DNA of 64,000 bases from an uncultured Eubacteriales bacterium (GTDB taxonomy: Bacteria; Bacillota; Clostridia; Christensenellales; Aristaeellaceae): the NCBI GenBank assembly GCA_902785105.1, contig CACZXF010000043.1, positions 20,580 to 84,579 of the forward strand. Direction: 5' to 3'. Position 1 is the stretch's first letter; every line of letters begins with the position of its first letter. The position numbers and the translations under genes are program-made. The notes beneath the pieces are model-generated. The model saw nothing but the letters and a program-made list of their open reading frames with translations, was not told the DNA's origin and ran no database searches. Below are positions 26,950 to 37,191 of the stretch, in pieces.

Positions 26950-28404
26950 ATGATTCATATCAGGCGGCTGGCGGCGGTATTGGCGCTGTGCATGTGCCTG
27001 TGCCTGACAGCGCTGGCGGAGGAGCGCGCGCCGGAGGGGTTCAGCTTTTCTGGGGGCAGCGGGAAGGTGGAGATCACCTGCCCGGCCATCTGGGAGGATG
27101 GCGGCGCGACCTGGGCACGCATCGTATTTTCCAGCCCGAACTATCCGAAGGTGGTTTCGGAGGGCGTGGAGTACACGGCGGAGCACGACGGGGACACCTC
27201 GATCTTTACGCTGCCGGTGACTTTGGATGCCGACATGGCGATCGTCGCCACCACCACGGCCATGTCACAGCCCCACGACATCACCTACACCATCCACATC
27301 GGCGCGACGGCCGCGGCGGACACTATAGTGGAAGAAACTGCCACGGTAGAAGCGGTGGATAAAACGCCCATCGAGGGACTGACCTGGGAGCGCAGGATGC
27401 CCTTGAAATACGCCACGGATTTTTCGGTGGATTACTACGAGGGCGGCTACGCGCTGATCGACATCGTGGATGGCGACCGGGCGCTGGTGGTCCCCGAAGG
27501 GGCGAGTGTTCCGGAGAATCTGCCGGGAGACGTGCTGGTGCTGCAAAGGCCGCTGAAGAGCGTCTATCTGGCGGCGACCTCGGCCATGGCGCTGTTCGAC
27601 CGCATGGACGCGCTGGACATGCTGGGCTCCTGCTCGCTGGAGGCCGACGGCTGGAGCGTGGAAAACGCCAAGGCCGCCATGGAGGCGGGGGACATGCTGT
27701 TCGCGGGCAAGTATTCCGAGCCCGATTACGAGCTGCTTCTTCAGACCGGCTGCGACCTGGCCATCGAGTCCACCATGATCTTCCACACCCCCAAGGTGAA
27801 GGAGATGCTGGAGACGCTGGGCATACCGGTGCTCGTGGACCGCTCCAGCTATGAGGAGCATCCCCTGGGCCGCACGGAGTGGATCAAGCTCTATGCCGTG
27901 CTTGCCGGAAAAGAGGATGAAGCGGCGGAGTTCTTCGACGCGCGCGCCGCAATCATCGACGAATACGCCGGCTATCCCAACACCGAAAAGACCGTGGCCT
28001 TCTTCTACATCAGCTCCGACGGCTCCGTGGTGGTGCGCAATGTCACCGACTACGTGCCGAAGATGATCGAGATCGCCGGTGGCCGGTACGCGCTCAAGGA
28101 CATCGTGGACCCGGACAGCAGCCGCTCCTCCGTGTCCACCACCATGGAGCAATTCTATGACGCCGCCATGGACGCCGATTACCTGATCTACAACGCCTCC
28201 ATCGCCGCGCCGCTGAACAGCATGGACGACCTGTACGCGCTGTCTCCGCTGTTCAAGGACTTTAAGGCGGCGCAAAACGGCAATGTGTGGTGTACCGGCA
28301 AGGACCTCTATCAGGAGACCGACGACGTGGGCGAGTTGATTGTGGACATCCACAACATGCTCACCGGCGAGGGTGAGATGCGCTTTTTGACCCGGCTGGA
28401 TTGA
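26950..28404 (+). CDS. Fe-siderophore/cobalamin-type (BtuF/FhuD-like) substrate-binding protein with an extra N-terminal domain; no adjacent permease or ATPase
   Basis: Has a signal peptide. About 130 aa of extra domain (GGATWARIVFSS ... FTLPV). Then a class III SBP-like body (KSVYLAATSAMALFD ... EWIKLYAVLAGKEDEA). Confidence 0.65.
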   Translation: MIHIRRLAAVLALCMCLCLTALAEERAPEGFSFSGGSGKVEITCPAIWEDGGATWARIVFSSPNYPKVVSEGVEYTAEHDGDTSIFTLPVTLDADMAIVATTTAMSQPHDITYTIHIGATAAADTIVEETATVEAVDKTPIEGLTWERRMPLKYATDFSVDYYEGGYALIDIVDGDRALVVPEGASVPENLPGDVLVLQRPLKSVYLAATSAMALFDRMDALDMLGSCSLEADGWSVENAKAAMEAGDMLFAGKYSEPDYELLLQTGCDLAIESTMIFHTPKVKEMLETLGIPVLVDRSSYEEHPLGRTEWIKLYAVLAGKEDEAAEFFDARAAIIDEYAGYPNTEKTVAFFYISSDGSVVVRNVTDYVPKMIEIAGGRYALKDIVDPDSSRSSVSTTMEQFYDAAMDADYLIYNASIAAPLNSMDDLYALSPLFKDFKAAQNGNVWCTGKDLYQETDDVGELIVDIHNMLTGEGEMRFLTRLD

Positions 28405-28429
28405 CGAAACGGGCACAAGGTGCTATAAT
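28401..28429 (+). promoter_or_regulatory. Sigma-A promoter with extended -10
   Basis: TTGACG, 17 nt, TGcTATAAT, upstream of the aquaporin gene. Confidence 0.6.
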
Positions 28430-28480
28430 GAAGCGGTTTTCCGGGAAGGGAAAACGAGAATTACTGAGGAGGATTTTATC

Positions 28481-29170
28481 ATGAAGAAGTATATCGCTGA
28501 AGCCATCGGCACCGCGGTGCTGGTGATCCTGGGCTGCGGCACCGCCATGCTGGTGGGCTGCGACGCTTCCGGCGGCTGCGGCTACATCCTGACCGCGCTG
28601 GCCTTCGGCCTGTCCATCGTGTGCATGGCCTATTCCATCGGCAACATCTCCGGCTGCCACATCAACCCGGCGGTCTCCCTGGGCGTGATGATGTCCGGCG
28701 GGCTGAGCATGACGGATTTCATCGGCTACATCATCTCCCAGTGCGTGGGCGCACTGTGCGGCTCCGTGCTACTGGCGGCCATCTTCGGCCTGGGCGGCGT
28801 TGAGGACATGACTGGCGGCCTCGGCACCAACGGTCTTGCGGGCGTGAACGGCAATGCTTTCGCCGGCCTGCTGGTGGAGATCATCCTGACCTTCATCTTC
28901 GTCATCTGCATCCTGGGCGTGACCTCCAAGAAGGCCCGCCACGGCTCCTTCGGCGGCCTGGTCATCGGCCTGGCGCTGGTGGGCGTCCACATCCTGGGCA
29001 TCGGCCTGACGGGCACCTCCGTCAACCCCGCCCGCTCCATCGGCCCCGCCATCGTGGCCTGCTTCACCGGCAACTTCGCCCCCCTCGCCTGCGTGTGGGT
29101 GTTCATCGTCGGCCCCATGATCGGCGCGGCGCTGGCGGCCATCGTGTACAGCATTCTGGAGAGCAAGTAA
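28481..29170 (+). CDS. MIP-family channel (aquaporin/glycerol facilitator type)
   Basis: Two NPA boxes (HINPAVS, SVNPARS) and six TM helices. Confidence 0.9.
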   Translation: MKKYIAEAIGTAVLVILGCGTAMLVGCDASGGCGYILTALAFGLSIVCMAYSIGNISGCHINPAVSLGVMMSGGLSMTDFIGYIISQCVGALCGSVLLAAIFGLGGVEDMTGGLGTNGLAGVNGNAFAGLLVEIILTFIFVICILGVTSKKARHGSFGGLVIGLALVGVHILGIGLTGTSVNPARSIGPAIVACFTGNFAPLACVWVFIVGPMIGAALAAIVYSILESK

Positions 29171-29185
29171 ACAGCATACGACCCG

Positions 29186-29225
29186 GGATGACAACGCGGA
29201 ACACTCGCGTTGTCATCCTTTTTTG
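29186..29225 (+). terminator. Rho-independent terminator
   Basis: GGATGACAACGCG-gaacact-CGCGTTGTCATCC followed by TTTTTT. Confidence 0.8.
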
Positions 29226-29237
29226 ATGGGGACAGAG

Positions 29238-29435
29238 CGATAAACAGGGATTTATCGGGATGTCATTCGAAACCCACCTCATCCGCCCTCACGGGCACTT
29301 GACAAGGGCCTGCCGGCCCCATCTCACTGAAAACAGTCCACTGGACTGTTTTCCGGGCGCTCGATGCTCGGGAAGGTGCCCCGAAGGGGCGGATGAGGTG
29401 GATTCCCGCTCACCTCTGCAAATTCCAATTTGTCG
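29238..29435. repeat. Family B element with S module, copy B4 (complete, with both termini)
   Basis: CGATAAACAGGGATTTATCGGG ... core ... CTGCAAATTCCAATTTGTCG. Confidence 0.9.
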
Positions 29436-29523
29436 AATAAACCCAATGCTAACATTCCCCCTTCCCTTTTCCCCAAAAAGGTGTTATACTGTGTTTATCC
29501 CAATGTAAGCGAGGTGATGAGGC

Positions 29524-30024
29524 ATGGGAGTCCTGTGGAGTCTGCTGGCGGGGAACCTGCCGGCGCTGATACTGCTGCTGGTGGGCGTGGGCCTGTTGGT
29601 GTTTGAGATGTACATTCCGGGGTTCGGCGTTCCGGGGATGCTGGGCATCGCCACGCTGCTGCTGGGCTTTATCGTGCTCAGGCCCCCGTGGCAGCAGGGG
29701 CTGCTGCTGGCGGTGGTACTGGCGGCGGTGCTGTGCGTGGCGCTGGTGGTGTGCCTGTTCACGGCGTCCAGGGGGCGGCTGGAAAAATCGAAGCTGGCGT
29801 TGAAGGACGTGGCTCTCGACCCGGAGCAATTGAGCGACATGGGCAAATACCTTGGGAAGAAGGGCGTCACCCGCACGGCCCTGCGGCCCGCGGGCATCGC
29901 GGAGTTCGACGGGGTGAAGCTCAACGTGGTCTCCGACGGAGAGTTCATCGATCAGGATACGGAAATCGTCGTCCGGAACGTTGCGGGCAACCGCATAGTC
30001 GTCGCCCAATCGACCGATAATTGA
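29524..30024 (+). CDS. NfeD-family membrane protein
   Basis: Three N-terminal TM helices plus a C-terminal OB-like soluble domain. Lies directly upstream of floA. Confidence 0.7.
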   Translation: MGVLWSLLAGNLPALILLLVGVGLLVFEMYIPGFGVPGMLGIATLLLGFIVLRPPWQQGLLLAVVLAAVLCVALVVCLFTASRGRLEKSKLALKDVALDPEQLSDMGKYLGKKGVTRTALRPAGIAEFDGVKLNVVSDGEFIDQDTEIVVRNVAGNRIVVAQSTDN

Positions 30025-30041
30025 GATGGAGGTAACAGAGC

Positions 30042-31040
30042 ATGAATATGGAGCTGATCATTTCGGCCATCGTGCCGGTCATCATCGTGGTGCTGGTCAT
30101 CACGCTGTTTTCGCTGTTCCCGCTGGGGCTGTGGTTCTCGGCGCTGATGAGCGGCGTGCACATCAATATCTTCAATCTGGTGGGCATGAAGTTCCGCCGG
30201 GTCAGCCCCCGGCGCATCGTGCCGCCGATGATCAAGGCCCGCAAGGCCGGCATCAACGTCAGCATGAACGAGCTTGAGACGCTCTACATGGCCGGCGGCA
30301 ACGTGGACCGCGTGGTGGACGCGCTGATCGCCGCCCAGTCCGCGCAGATTCAATTGGACTTCAACCAGTCCAAGGCCATCGACCTGGCCGGCCGCAATGT
30401 GCTGGAGGCCGTGAAGATGTCCGTCAACCCGAAAGTCATCGAGACCCCGGTGGTCGCCGCCATCGCCAAGGACGGCATTGAGCTTCGCGCCAAGGCCCGC
30501 GTCACCGTCCGCGCCAACATCGCCCGGCTGGTCGGCGGCGCCGGTGAGGAGACCATCATCGCCCGCGTCGGCGAGGGCATCGTCACCACTGTCGGCTCCT
30601 CCGAGAGCCACAAGGCCGTGCTGGAAAACCCGGACCTCATCAGCCGCACCGTGCTGAACAAGGGTCTGGATGCCGGGACTGCCTTTGAGATTTTGTCCAT
30701 CGACATCGCCGACGTGGATGTGGGCCGCAACGTCGGCGCGCAGCTCCAGATGGACCAGGCCGAGGCCGACCGCCGTATCGCCCAGGCCAAGGCCGAGGAG
30801 CGCCGCGCCATGGCCGTCGCCCACGAGCAGGAGATGAAGGCCAGCGTCCAGGAGATGCGGGCCAAGGTCGTCGAGGCCGAGGCCGAGGTGCCCCGCGCCA
30901 TGGCCGCCGCCCTCCGCGAGGGCAAGCTGGGCGTCATGGATTACTACAACATGCAGAACGTCCAGTCCGACACCCGCATGAGAGAGGCCATCGCCGGTGA
31001 GAGCGCGCCTGCGCACAGCGGGGAGAAGGAGAAGAAGTAA
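30042..31040 (+). CDS. floA: Flotillin-like protein FloA (UPF0365/YqfA family)
   Basis: N-terminal TM helix; [16 protein letters not shown] ... [14 protein letters not shown] ... [14 protein letters not shown] is characteristic. Confidence 0.85.
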   Translation: MNMELIISAIVPVIIVVLVITLFSLFPLGLWFSALMSGVHINIFNLVGMKFRRVSPRRIVPPMIKARKAGINVSMNELETLYMAGGNVDRVVDALIAAQSAQIQLDFNQSKAIDLAGRNVLEAVKMSVNPKVIETPVVAAIAKDGIELRAKARVTVRANIARLVGGAGEETIIARVGEGIVTTVGSSESHKAVLENPDLISRTVLNKGLDAGTAFEILSIDIADVDVGRNVGAQLQMDQAEADRRIAQAKAEERRAMAVAHEQEMKASVQEMRAKVVEAEAEVPRAMAAALREGKLGVMDYYNMQNVQSDTRMREAIAGESAPAHSGEKEKK

Positions 31041-31044
31041 GCAA

Positions 31045-31296
31045 GATAAACAGGGATTTGTCGGGGTGACATTCAAGTCCACCTCATCCGCCCTCACGGG
31101 CACCTGACAAGGGCCTGCCGGCCCCATCTCACTGAAAACAGTCCACTGGACTGTTTTCCGGGCGCTCGATGCTCCTCAAGGGGAAGGCAAGGAGCTGGGA
31201 ACAATGGGACCCAAAAGCCTTCCCCTTGAGGGGAAGGTGGCGCAAAGCGCCGGATGAGGTGGATTACCCGCTGTCCCCGACAAATTCCGATTCATC
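31045..31296. repeat. Family B element with S module, copy B5
   Basis: GATAAACAGGGATTTGTCGGGG ... CCCCGACAAATTCCGATTCATC. Confidence 0.9.
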
Positions 31297-31356
31297 TCAG
31301 TTATATGTTTCAAACCCACATACATGGTTGAAATATAGCCAGGGGGGATTCGATCT

Positions 31357-31818
31357 ATGGAATTCCTGGTATTTTTGTTGATCGTCATCTTCGTGTTCGT
31401 CAGCGACGGCAAGAAGAAGGGGAAGAAGGGCGAAAAAGGGAAGAAGCCCAACGCCGCCACCCTCCGGAAACAGTTTGAGACGTTCCTGGAGGAGGACGTC
31501 GCGGTCCCTGAGCCTGTGGAAGAGATTGACGTGCCCGAACCGGAACCGGTTTTCGTCCAGGGCATCAGCCCGCTGGACGACGAGGGCTGCGTGGGCGGCT
31601 CCATGAAACACGAGCATACCGAGGGCGAGACCCACGAGGAGCACCGCCGCCATGTAGAGGCGCTCCACCAGCGGGAGCGGGAGGAGACCCTCGCCGCCGA
31701 GGCCGCGGTGGAGCTGGCGGAGATGAACCTGCAAAAGCTCCGCCACGCCGTGGTCATGGCCGAGATACTGGACAAGCCCGTCGCCCTGCGGCGCAGACGC
31801 TGTGGAAGGTTGGAATAA
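31357..31818 (+). CDS. Hypothetical membrane-anchored, Lys- and Glu-rich protein
   Basis: N-terminal TM helix, KKKGKKGEKGKK tract and acidic/His-rich remainder. No family recognised. Flanked by B5 and B6. Confidence 0.45.
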   Translation: MEFLVFLLIVIFVFVSDGKKKGKKGEKGKKPNAATLRKQFETFLEEDVAVPEPVEEIDVPEPEPVFVQGISPLDDEGCVGGSMKHEHTEGETHEEHRRHVEALHQREREETLAAEAAVELAEMNLQKLRHAVVMAEILDKPVALRRRRCGRLE

Positions 31819-31823
31819 TTTGT

Positions 31824-32011
31824 CGATAAACGGGGATTTGTCAGGACGTTTGTTCGAGGCCACCTCATCCGCCCTCACGGGCACCTTCCCCTCAAGGGGA
31901 AGGCAAGGGGGTAAGAACGGCAGTCCCAAAAGCCTTCCCCTTGAGGGGAAGGTGGCGCGAAGCGCCGGATGAGGTGGGTTCCCCGTTTCCCAAACAGATT
32001 CCAATTTGCCG
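31824..32011. repeat. Family B element, copy B6
   Basis: CGATAAACGGGGATTTGTCAGG ... CAGATTCCAATTTGCCG. Confidence 0.9.
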
Positions 32012-32037
32012 ATTTGTGTATTTACGGAGGATAACAT

Positions 32038-32604
32038 ATGCTGACACTGCAACGCGCCCATGAGCTGAACGATGCCGCCGTCACCGAGGACCATCTGCGG
32101 ATACACGCGCTGAACGTGGCCTACGCCATGGGCGCGATGGCCGAGCACTTCGGGGAGGATGTAGAGCACTGGCAGGCCGTGGGCATACTGCACGACTACG
32201 ATTACCAGCAGTACCCCAACGAGCATCTACAGCACACCGAACAGCCCCTGCTGGACGCCGGGGTGGAACCGGAGGACGTGCGGGCCATCATGAGCCACGG
32301 CTACGCCATACTGAACGACATCAAACCGGAGACCAACATGGAAAAGAGCCTGTTCACCGTGGACGAGCTTACCGGCATCATACAGGCCTGCGCCCGTATG
32401 CGCCTCAGGGGCATCACCGATTTGGAGGTCAAGAGCTTCATGAAGAAATTCAAGGACAAGAAGTTCGCCGCCAAGTGCGACCGGGCGCTGGTGCTCCAGG
32501 GCTGTGAAATGCTGGGCATGGACATCAAGGACGTCGCCGCCATCTGCATCGACGGCATGAGGGCCCACGCGGCGGAGATCGGCTTGCTGGGGACGGAGGC
32601 ATAA
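32038..32604 (+). CDS. HD-domain phosphohydrolase-like protein
   Basis: H...HD motif (GILHDYDY); 188 aa. Confidence 0.65.
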   Translation: MLTLQRAHELNDAAVTEDHLRIHALNVAYAMGAMAEHFGEDVEHWQAVGILHDYDYQQYPNEHLQHTEQPLLDAGVEPEDVRAIMSHGYAILNDIKPETNMEKSLFTVDELTGIIQACARMRLRGITDLEVKSFMKKFKDKKFAAKCDRALVLQGCEMLGMDIKDVAAICIDGMRAHAAEIGLLGTEA

Positions 32605-32607
32605 GGG

Positions 32608-32762
32608 CCCGACAAATTGAAGTATATCGAGGAAACAAATCAACCCTGTAGGGGCGCCGTTTCGGCGCCCGCACCTGTGAAACGGCACGTTCTATAGGGC
32701 GGGCGGCGCAACGCCGCCCCTACAGGAGAGTAGGTAACTCCCCGATAAATCCCTCTTTATCG
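32608..32762. repeat. Family C element, copy C2
   Basis: CCCGACAAATTGAAGTATATCG ... CTGTAGGGGCGCCGTTTCGGCGCCC ... GGGCGGCGCAACGCCGCCCCTACAGG ... CCCCGATAAATCCCTCTTTATCG. Confidence 0.9.
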
Positions 32763-32802
32763 CATCAAATTCAAAATGTCATCCAAGGAGGACACCATAT
32801 AT

Positions 32803-34185
32803 ATGTTGACCAAATCCACCGCCGAGAGCGTCCTGCGGGAGGCTCTGCGGACGGGCGGCGACTTTGCGGAGCTGTTCTGCGAGGACCGGCGGAGCGGCGG
32901 CATGAGCCTGGTGGACGGCCACGTGGAGACCGCTTCCACCGTGCGCCGCCACGGGGCGGGTATTCGCGTCTACAGCGGGCTGAACAGCGTCTATGTTCAC
33001 ACCAACGACACCTCTCCCTCGGGCCTCATCGCCTCCGCGCGAAAGGCGGCGGACGCCGTGCGGGGAAGCGCGACGCCCTTTGACATCCATCTGACCCGCG
33101 CTTTGCAAAAAAATATCCATTACATCCGCGAAATGCCCATGGACGTGGAGGGCGCGCGGAAGGCGAAGCTGCTTCGGGACTGCGATCTGGCCGCGAAGGC
33201 CGTCTCCCCGGAGATCAGCCAGGTCCGCGCCAGCCTGACCCACTGGAACAGCGATGTTCTCATCGCCAATTCCGAGGGCCTTTTCACCGGCGACACGCGG
33301 GTCTACAGCCGCGTCTACATCAACGCCGTGGCCTCGAAGGACGGCGACAGCCAGTCCGGCCGGGAGGCTCCCGGCGCGATGATGGGCTTTGAGGTGTTTT
33401 CGACAAAGGCCGACCCGGAGGAATCCGCACGGGTGGCAGCCCAACGGGCCGTGACCATGCTCCACGCCGACGCCTGCCCTGCGGGGCGGATGCCCGTGGT
33501 CATCGACGGCGGCTTCGGCGGGGTCATCTTCCATGAGGCCTGCGGCCACTCCCTGGAGGCGGCGGCGGTGGCCTTTGGCAATTCAGAATTTACCGGGAAG
33601 CTGGGCCAGGCCATCGCCGCGCCCTGCGTGACCGCCATCGACGACGGCACCATCGCCAATGAATGGGGTTCCCTCAACATTGACGACGAGGGCAACCCCA
33701 CCACCCGCCTCGTTTTGATAGAAAACGGCATATTGAAAAACTACATGGTGGACCGGCTCAACGGCCGGCGCATGGGCACGCCCTCCACCGGCAGCGGACG
33801 GCGGCAGGATTACACCTACGCGCCCACTTCCCGGATGCGCAACACCTACATCGCCGCCGGCAGCGACGACGAGGCGGAGATCATCGCCTCCTGCCCGGAC
33901 GGCCTCTATGCCAAGTCCATGGGCGGCGGCAGCGTGAATCCCGTCACCGGCGAATTCAACTTCGCGGTGGACGAGGGCTATCTCATCCGCAATGGTAAAA
34001 TTGATGTGCCCGTCCGCGGGGCCTCGCTCATCGGCAGAGGCTCGGAGATTCTGATGAAGATCGACCGCGTGGGGCGGAACATGCGCATGGCTCAGGGCAT
34101 GTGCGGCGCGTCCAGCGGCAGCGTGCCCGTCAACGTGGGCCAGCCGATGATCCGCGTCACCGACATTACCGTGGGAGGGCGATGA
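32803..34185 (+). CDS. tldD: TldD-family metalloprotease
   Basis: ATG after AAGGAGG. HEACGHSLE zinc motif. Paired with pmbA. Confidence 0.85.
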   Translation: MLTKSTAESVLREALRTGGDFAELFCEDRRSGGMSLVDGHVETASTVRRHGAGIRVYSGLNSVYVHTNDTSPSGLIASARKAADAVRGSATPFDIHLTRALQKNIHYIREMPMDVEGARKAKLLRDCDLAAKAVSPEISQVRASLTHWNSDVLIANSEGLFTGDTRVYSRVYINAVASKDGDSQSGREAPGAMMGFEVFSTKADPEESARVAAQRAVTMLHADACPAGRMPVVIDGGFGGVIFHEACGHSLEAAAVAFGNSEFTGKLGQAIAAPCVTAIDDGTIANEWGSLNIDDEGNPTTRLVLIENGILKNYMVDRLNGRRMGTPSTGSGRRQDYTYAPTSRMRNTYIAAGSDDEAEIIASCPDGLYAKSMGGGSVNPVTGEFNFAVDEGYLIRNGKIDVPVRGASLIGRGSEILMKIDRVGRNMRMAQGMCGASSGSVPVNVGQPMIRVTDITVGGR

Positions 34186-35537
34186 GCATGGACAGCAAGA
34201 CATTTATCAACGAATTGCTCCGCCGCGGCGCGGACCGGGGCGTGGCCTCCGAGGTCTGCTATGAGACGGGTTCCAGCTTCGAGGCCGAGGTCAAGAACGG
34301 CGAGCTGCTGCAATACAACGTGTCCGATTCTGCCGGGCTGGGCTTCCGCGTGCTGAAGGACGGCCACACCGGCACGGCCTCCACACAGATACTGGACGAC
34401 GAGGCGCTGACACAGCTCGTGGACGGCGCGCTGGAAAACGCCGCGCTGGTGGAATCGAAGGATGAGCAGTTCATGTTTCCCGGCAGTGAAAGCTACCCCG
34501 AACTGAACCTCTACAACCCCGAAATCGAGGCCATCCCCGCCGCCGACAAGATCGACATGGCGATGAAGCTGGAAAAGCTGGCCCTGTCCATCGACCCGCG
34601 GGTGAAGCAGGTGGAGGGCTGCTCGGTGTTCTCCTCCTCCGAGGAACGCCGCATGACCAACACGCTGGGGCTGGACGTTACCACAAAGGCCAGCCTGTTG
34701 GGCGGCTACGTCTCCGTGGTGGCCCGTGACGGCGAACAGGTCAACACCGGCACCAAGATATTCTTTACGATGAACCCCGCTGAGGTCGATCTGGAGGCCG
34801 TGGCGAAGGCGGCGGTCAGCGAGGCCGTGGGCGGCCTGGGCGGCGCGCCGGTGGAATCCGGGAAGTACCGCGTGCTGTTGCGACGGGACGTGGCCGGGGT
34901 GATGCTCAGCACCTTCGCGGGCATATTCTCCGCCGACAACGCCCAGCGCGGCCTGTCACGGCTCAAGGGGAAGGAAGGAGAGGCCATCGCCGCCGACTGC
35001 GTGACGATCATGGACGATCCCCTTCGCCCGGACAGCCCGTCCTCCGCGCCCTTCGACGGCGAAGGCGTGGCGACCTGGGCAAAGCCCATCGTCGAAAACG
35101 GCAGGCTGAACACACTGCTCCACAACCTCAAGACCGCGAAGAAGCAGGGCGTCACGACCACCGCCAACGCCTGCCGCAGCTCCTACGCCGCGCCGGTGGG
35201 CATCGCGCCGACCAACTTCTTCTTTGTCCCGTCGGAGCAGGACTTCGACGCGCTGCTGAGTGAGCTGGGCGACGGCCTGCTCATCACCGACCTCCAGGGG
35301 ATGCACGCCGGGGCCAACGCCATCACCGGCGACTTCTCGCTGGCCGCCAAGGGCTTCACCGTCGAGGGCGGGAAGATCGGCCGCGCCGTCAGCCAGATCA
35401 CCGTGGCGGGCAACTACTACCAGCTTTTGAAGGACATCGAGGCCGTGGGCGCCGACCTCGAGTTCCGCGTCCCCGGAACAAGCTGCTTCGGCAGTCCGTC
35501 GCTGTTGATCAAAGATCTGTCCGTCGCAGGCAAATGA
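34182..35537 (+). CDS. pmbA: PmbA/TldE-family protein
   Basis: ATGA overlap with the tldD stop. About 451 aa of the TldE type. The track start at 34101 is rejected. Confidence 0.8.
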   Translation: MSMDSKTFINELLRRGADRGVASEVCYETGSSFEAEVKNGELLQYNVSDSAGLGFRVLKDGHTGTASTQILDDEALTQLVDGALENAALVESKDEQFMFPGSESYPELNLYNPEIEAIPAADKIDMAMKLEKLALSIDPRVKQVEGCSVFSSSEERRMTNTLGLDVTTKASLLGGYVSVVARDGEQVNTGTKIFFTMNPAEVDLEAVAKAAVSEAVGGLGGAPVESGKYRVLLRRDVAGVMLSTFAGIFSADNAQRGLSRLKGKEGEAIAADCVTIMDDPLRPDSPSSAPFDGEGVATWAKPIVENGRLNTLLHNLKTAKKQGVTTTANACRSSYAAPVGIAPTNFFFVPSEQDFDALLSELGDGLLITDLQGMHAGANAITGDFSLAAKGFTVEGGKIGRAVSQITVAGNYYQLLKDIEAVGADLEFRVPGTSCFGSPSLLIKDLSVAGK

Positions 35538-35558
35538 GAATATACAGGAGGTTTGTCC

Positions 35559-36416
35559 ATGGTTTATGATGCAGCCATCATCGGCACCGGCCCCGCGGGG
35601 GTCTCGGCGGCGCTGAATTTGAAGATACACGAGAAGAACTTCATCTGGATCGGCAAGAAGACACTGAGCGACAAGATTTCCCGGGCCGAGCGCATCTCCA
35701 ACTATCCCGGCTTCATCAACGCCTCCGGCGCCGAGCTGAACGCGGCCTTCATGGCGCAGGTGGAGGCCATGGGCATCGAGATCACCGAGGCCATGGTGAA
35801 CCAGATCATGCCCATGGGCGACCACTACGCGCTGCTGGCCGGGCCGGATTTCTATGAGGCGAAGGCATTGATACTGACCACCGGCGTCAACCAGACCGGG
35901 GGCTTGAAGGGCGAGACGGATTTCCTGGGCCGGGGCGTCAGCTACTGCGCCACCTGCGATGGCGGGCTCTATCGCGGCAAGACCGTGGGCGTGGTCTGCA
36001 ACAATCCCCGCTTCGAGCATGAGGCCGCCTTCCTGGCCGGGCTGGCGGAGAAGGTCTATTTCTTCCCTTACTACAAGAATCCCACCTTTGCCGGCGAAAA
36101 TGTGGAGCAGCCCGCCGGGCGTCCCGTGGCCGTGGAGGGCGAGATGCGGGTGAACAAATTGAAGATGAACGACGGCTCCGAGCTTGCGGTGGACGGCCTT
36201 TTCTGCCTGCGGGACGCCATCTCGCTGAACACGCTGCTGCCCGGCCTCGCCGCGGAAAACGGCCATATCGTGGTGGACCGCGCCATGGCCACCAACCTGC
36301 CCGGCGTCTACGCCGCCGGCGACTGCACGGGCCGTCCCTATCAGTACACCAAGGCCGTGGGCGAGGGCAACGTCGCCGCCCACAGCGTGCTGGACTTCCT
36401 GGCGGGCAAAGCCTGA
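35559..36416 (+). CDS. Thioredoxin-reductase-like FAD-dependent oxidoreductase
   Basis: GTGPAG dinucleotide motif, CATCDG redox-active dithiol, and C-terminal GVYAAGDC. Confidence 0.75.
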   Translation: MVYDAAIIGTGPAGVSAALNLKIHEKNFIWIGKKTLSDKISRAERISNYPGFINASGAELNAAFMAQVEAMGIEITEAMVNQIMPMGDHYALLAGPDFYEAKALILTTGVNQTGGLKGETDFLGRGVSYCATCDGGLYRGKTVGVVCNNPRFEHEAAFLAGLAEKVYFFPYYKNPTFAGENVEQPAGRPVAVEGEMRVNKLKMNDGSELAVDGLFCLRDAISLNTLLPGLAAENGHIVVDRAMATNLPGVYAAGDCTGRPYQYTKAVGEGNVAAHSVLDFLAGKA

Positions 36417-36420
36417 GTCG

Positions 36421-37035
36421 ATGTGCTGTCGATACTGGTTTGAGGAATCGCCGGAGCTCCGCCCCTTCGTGGAGGCCATGAACCGCTCGCCGCTGATCGA
36501 GCGGTTTTCCGAGGGGGCGGAGATCGTCACCTCCGGGGAGGTGCGTCCGACCAACGTCGTGCCCGTCATCGCCTCCAACCGTCAGGGGCGGCGGGCGGTC
36601 TATCCCATGAAGTGGGGCTTCACCGGCAAAACGCTGCTCATCAACGCGAGGACGGAGAGCGCCGCCCAGAAGCCCACCTTCCGGGAATCCTGGCAGTCCC
36701 ACCGCTGCATCGTCCCGGCCAGCTCATACTTTGAATGGGTCCACCTGACCGATAAACAGGGACGACACAAGACCGGCCCCAAGTATCGCATACAACCCGC
36801 GGACGGCCAACTGTGGATGTGCGGCCTCTATCGCATTGAAAACGGTTTGCCGGTGTTCGTCATACTGACCCGCGACGCCGCCGAAGGGATACGCTTCATC
36901 CATGACCGTATGCCGCTGATGCTGCCGGAGCAATATGTCAGCGAATGGATACGCCCCGGAGCGAACCCCGAAGCACTGCTCAATGTCGCTCAAACGGAGA
37001 TGTCGTTTGCTTCGGAAGTACCGACACTCTGCTAA
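36421..37035 (+). CDS. SOS-response-associated peptidase (SRAP/YedK family)
   Basis: Starts MC (catalytic Cys2). Contains MCCRYW ... PVI ... NARTES ... YFEW. Confidence 0.8.
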   Translation: MCCRYWFEESPELRPFVEAMNRSPLIERFSEGAEIVTSGEVRPTNVVPVIASNRQGRRAVYPMKWGFTGKTLLINARTESAAQKPTFRESWQSHRCIVPASSYFEWVHLTDKQGRHKTGPKYRIQPADGQLWMCGLYRIENGLPVFVILTRDAAEGIRFIHDRMPLMLPEQYVSEWIRPGANPEALLNVAQTEMSFASEVPTLC

Positions 37036-37065
37036 AGGGGCTGTCTGAAAATTATAGCTGTAAGC

Positions 37066-37149
37066 CTGTAGGGGCGGCGTTTCGCCGCCCGCCCTGAGTA
37101 CGAATCTCTGCGTTGTACCGGGCGGGCGGCGCAACGCCGCCCCTACGGG
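37066..37149. repeat. Family C element, copy C3
   Basis: CTGTAGGGGCGGCGTTTCGCCGCCCGCC ... GGGCGGGCGGCGCAACGCCGCCCCTACGG. Confidence 0.9.
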
Positions 37150-37191
37150 TTGTATGGAATTGTAACCTTATGCGTTTTAAGCAATTGCTCT

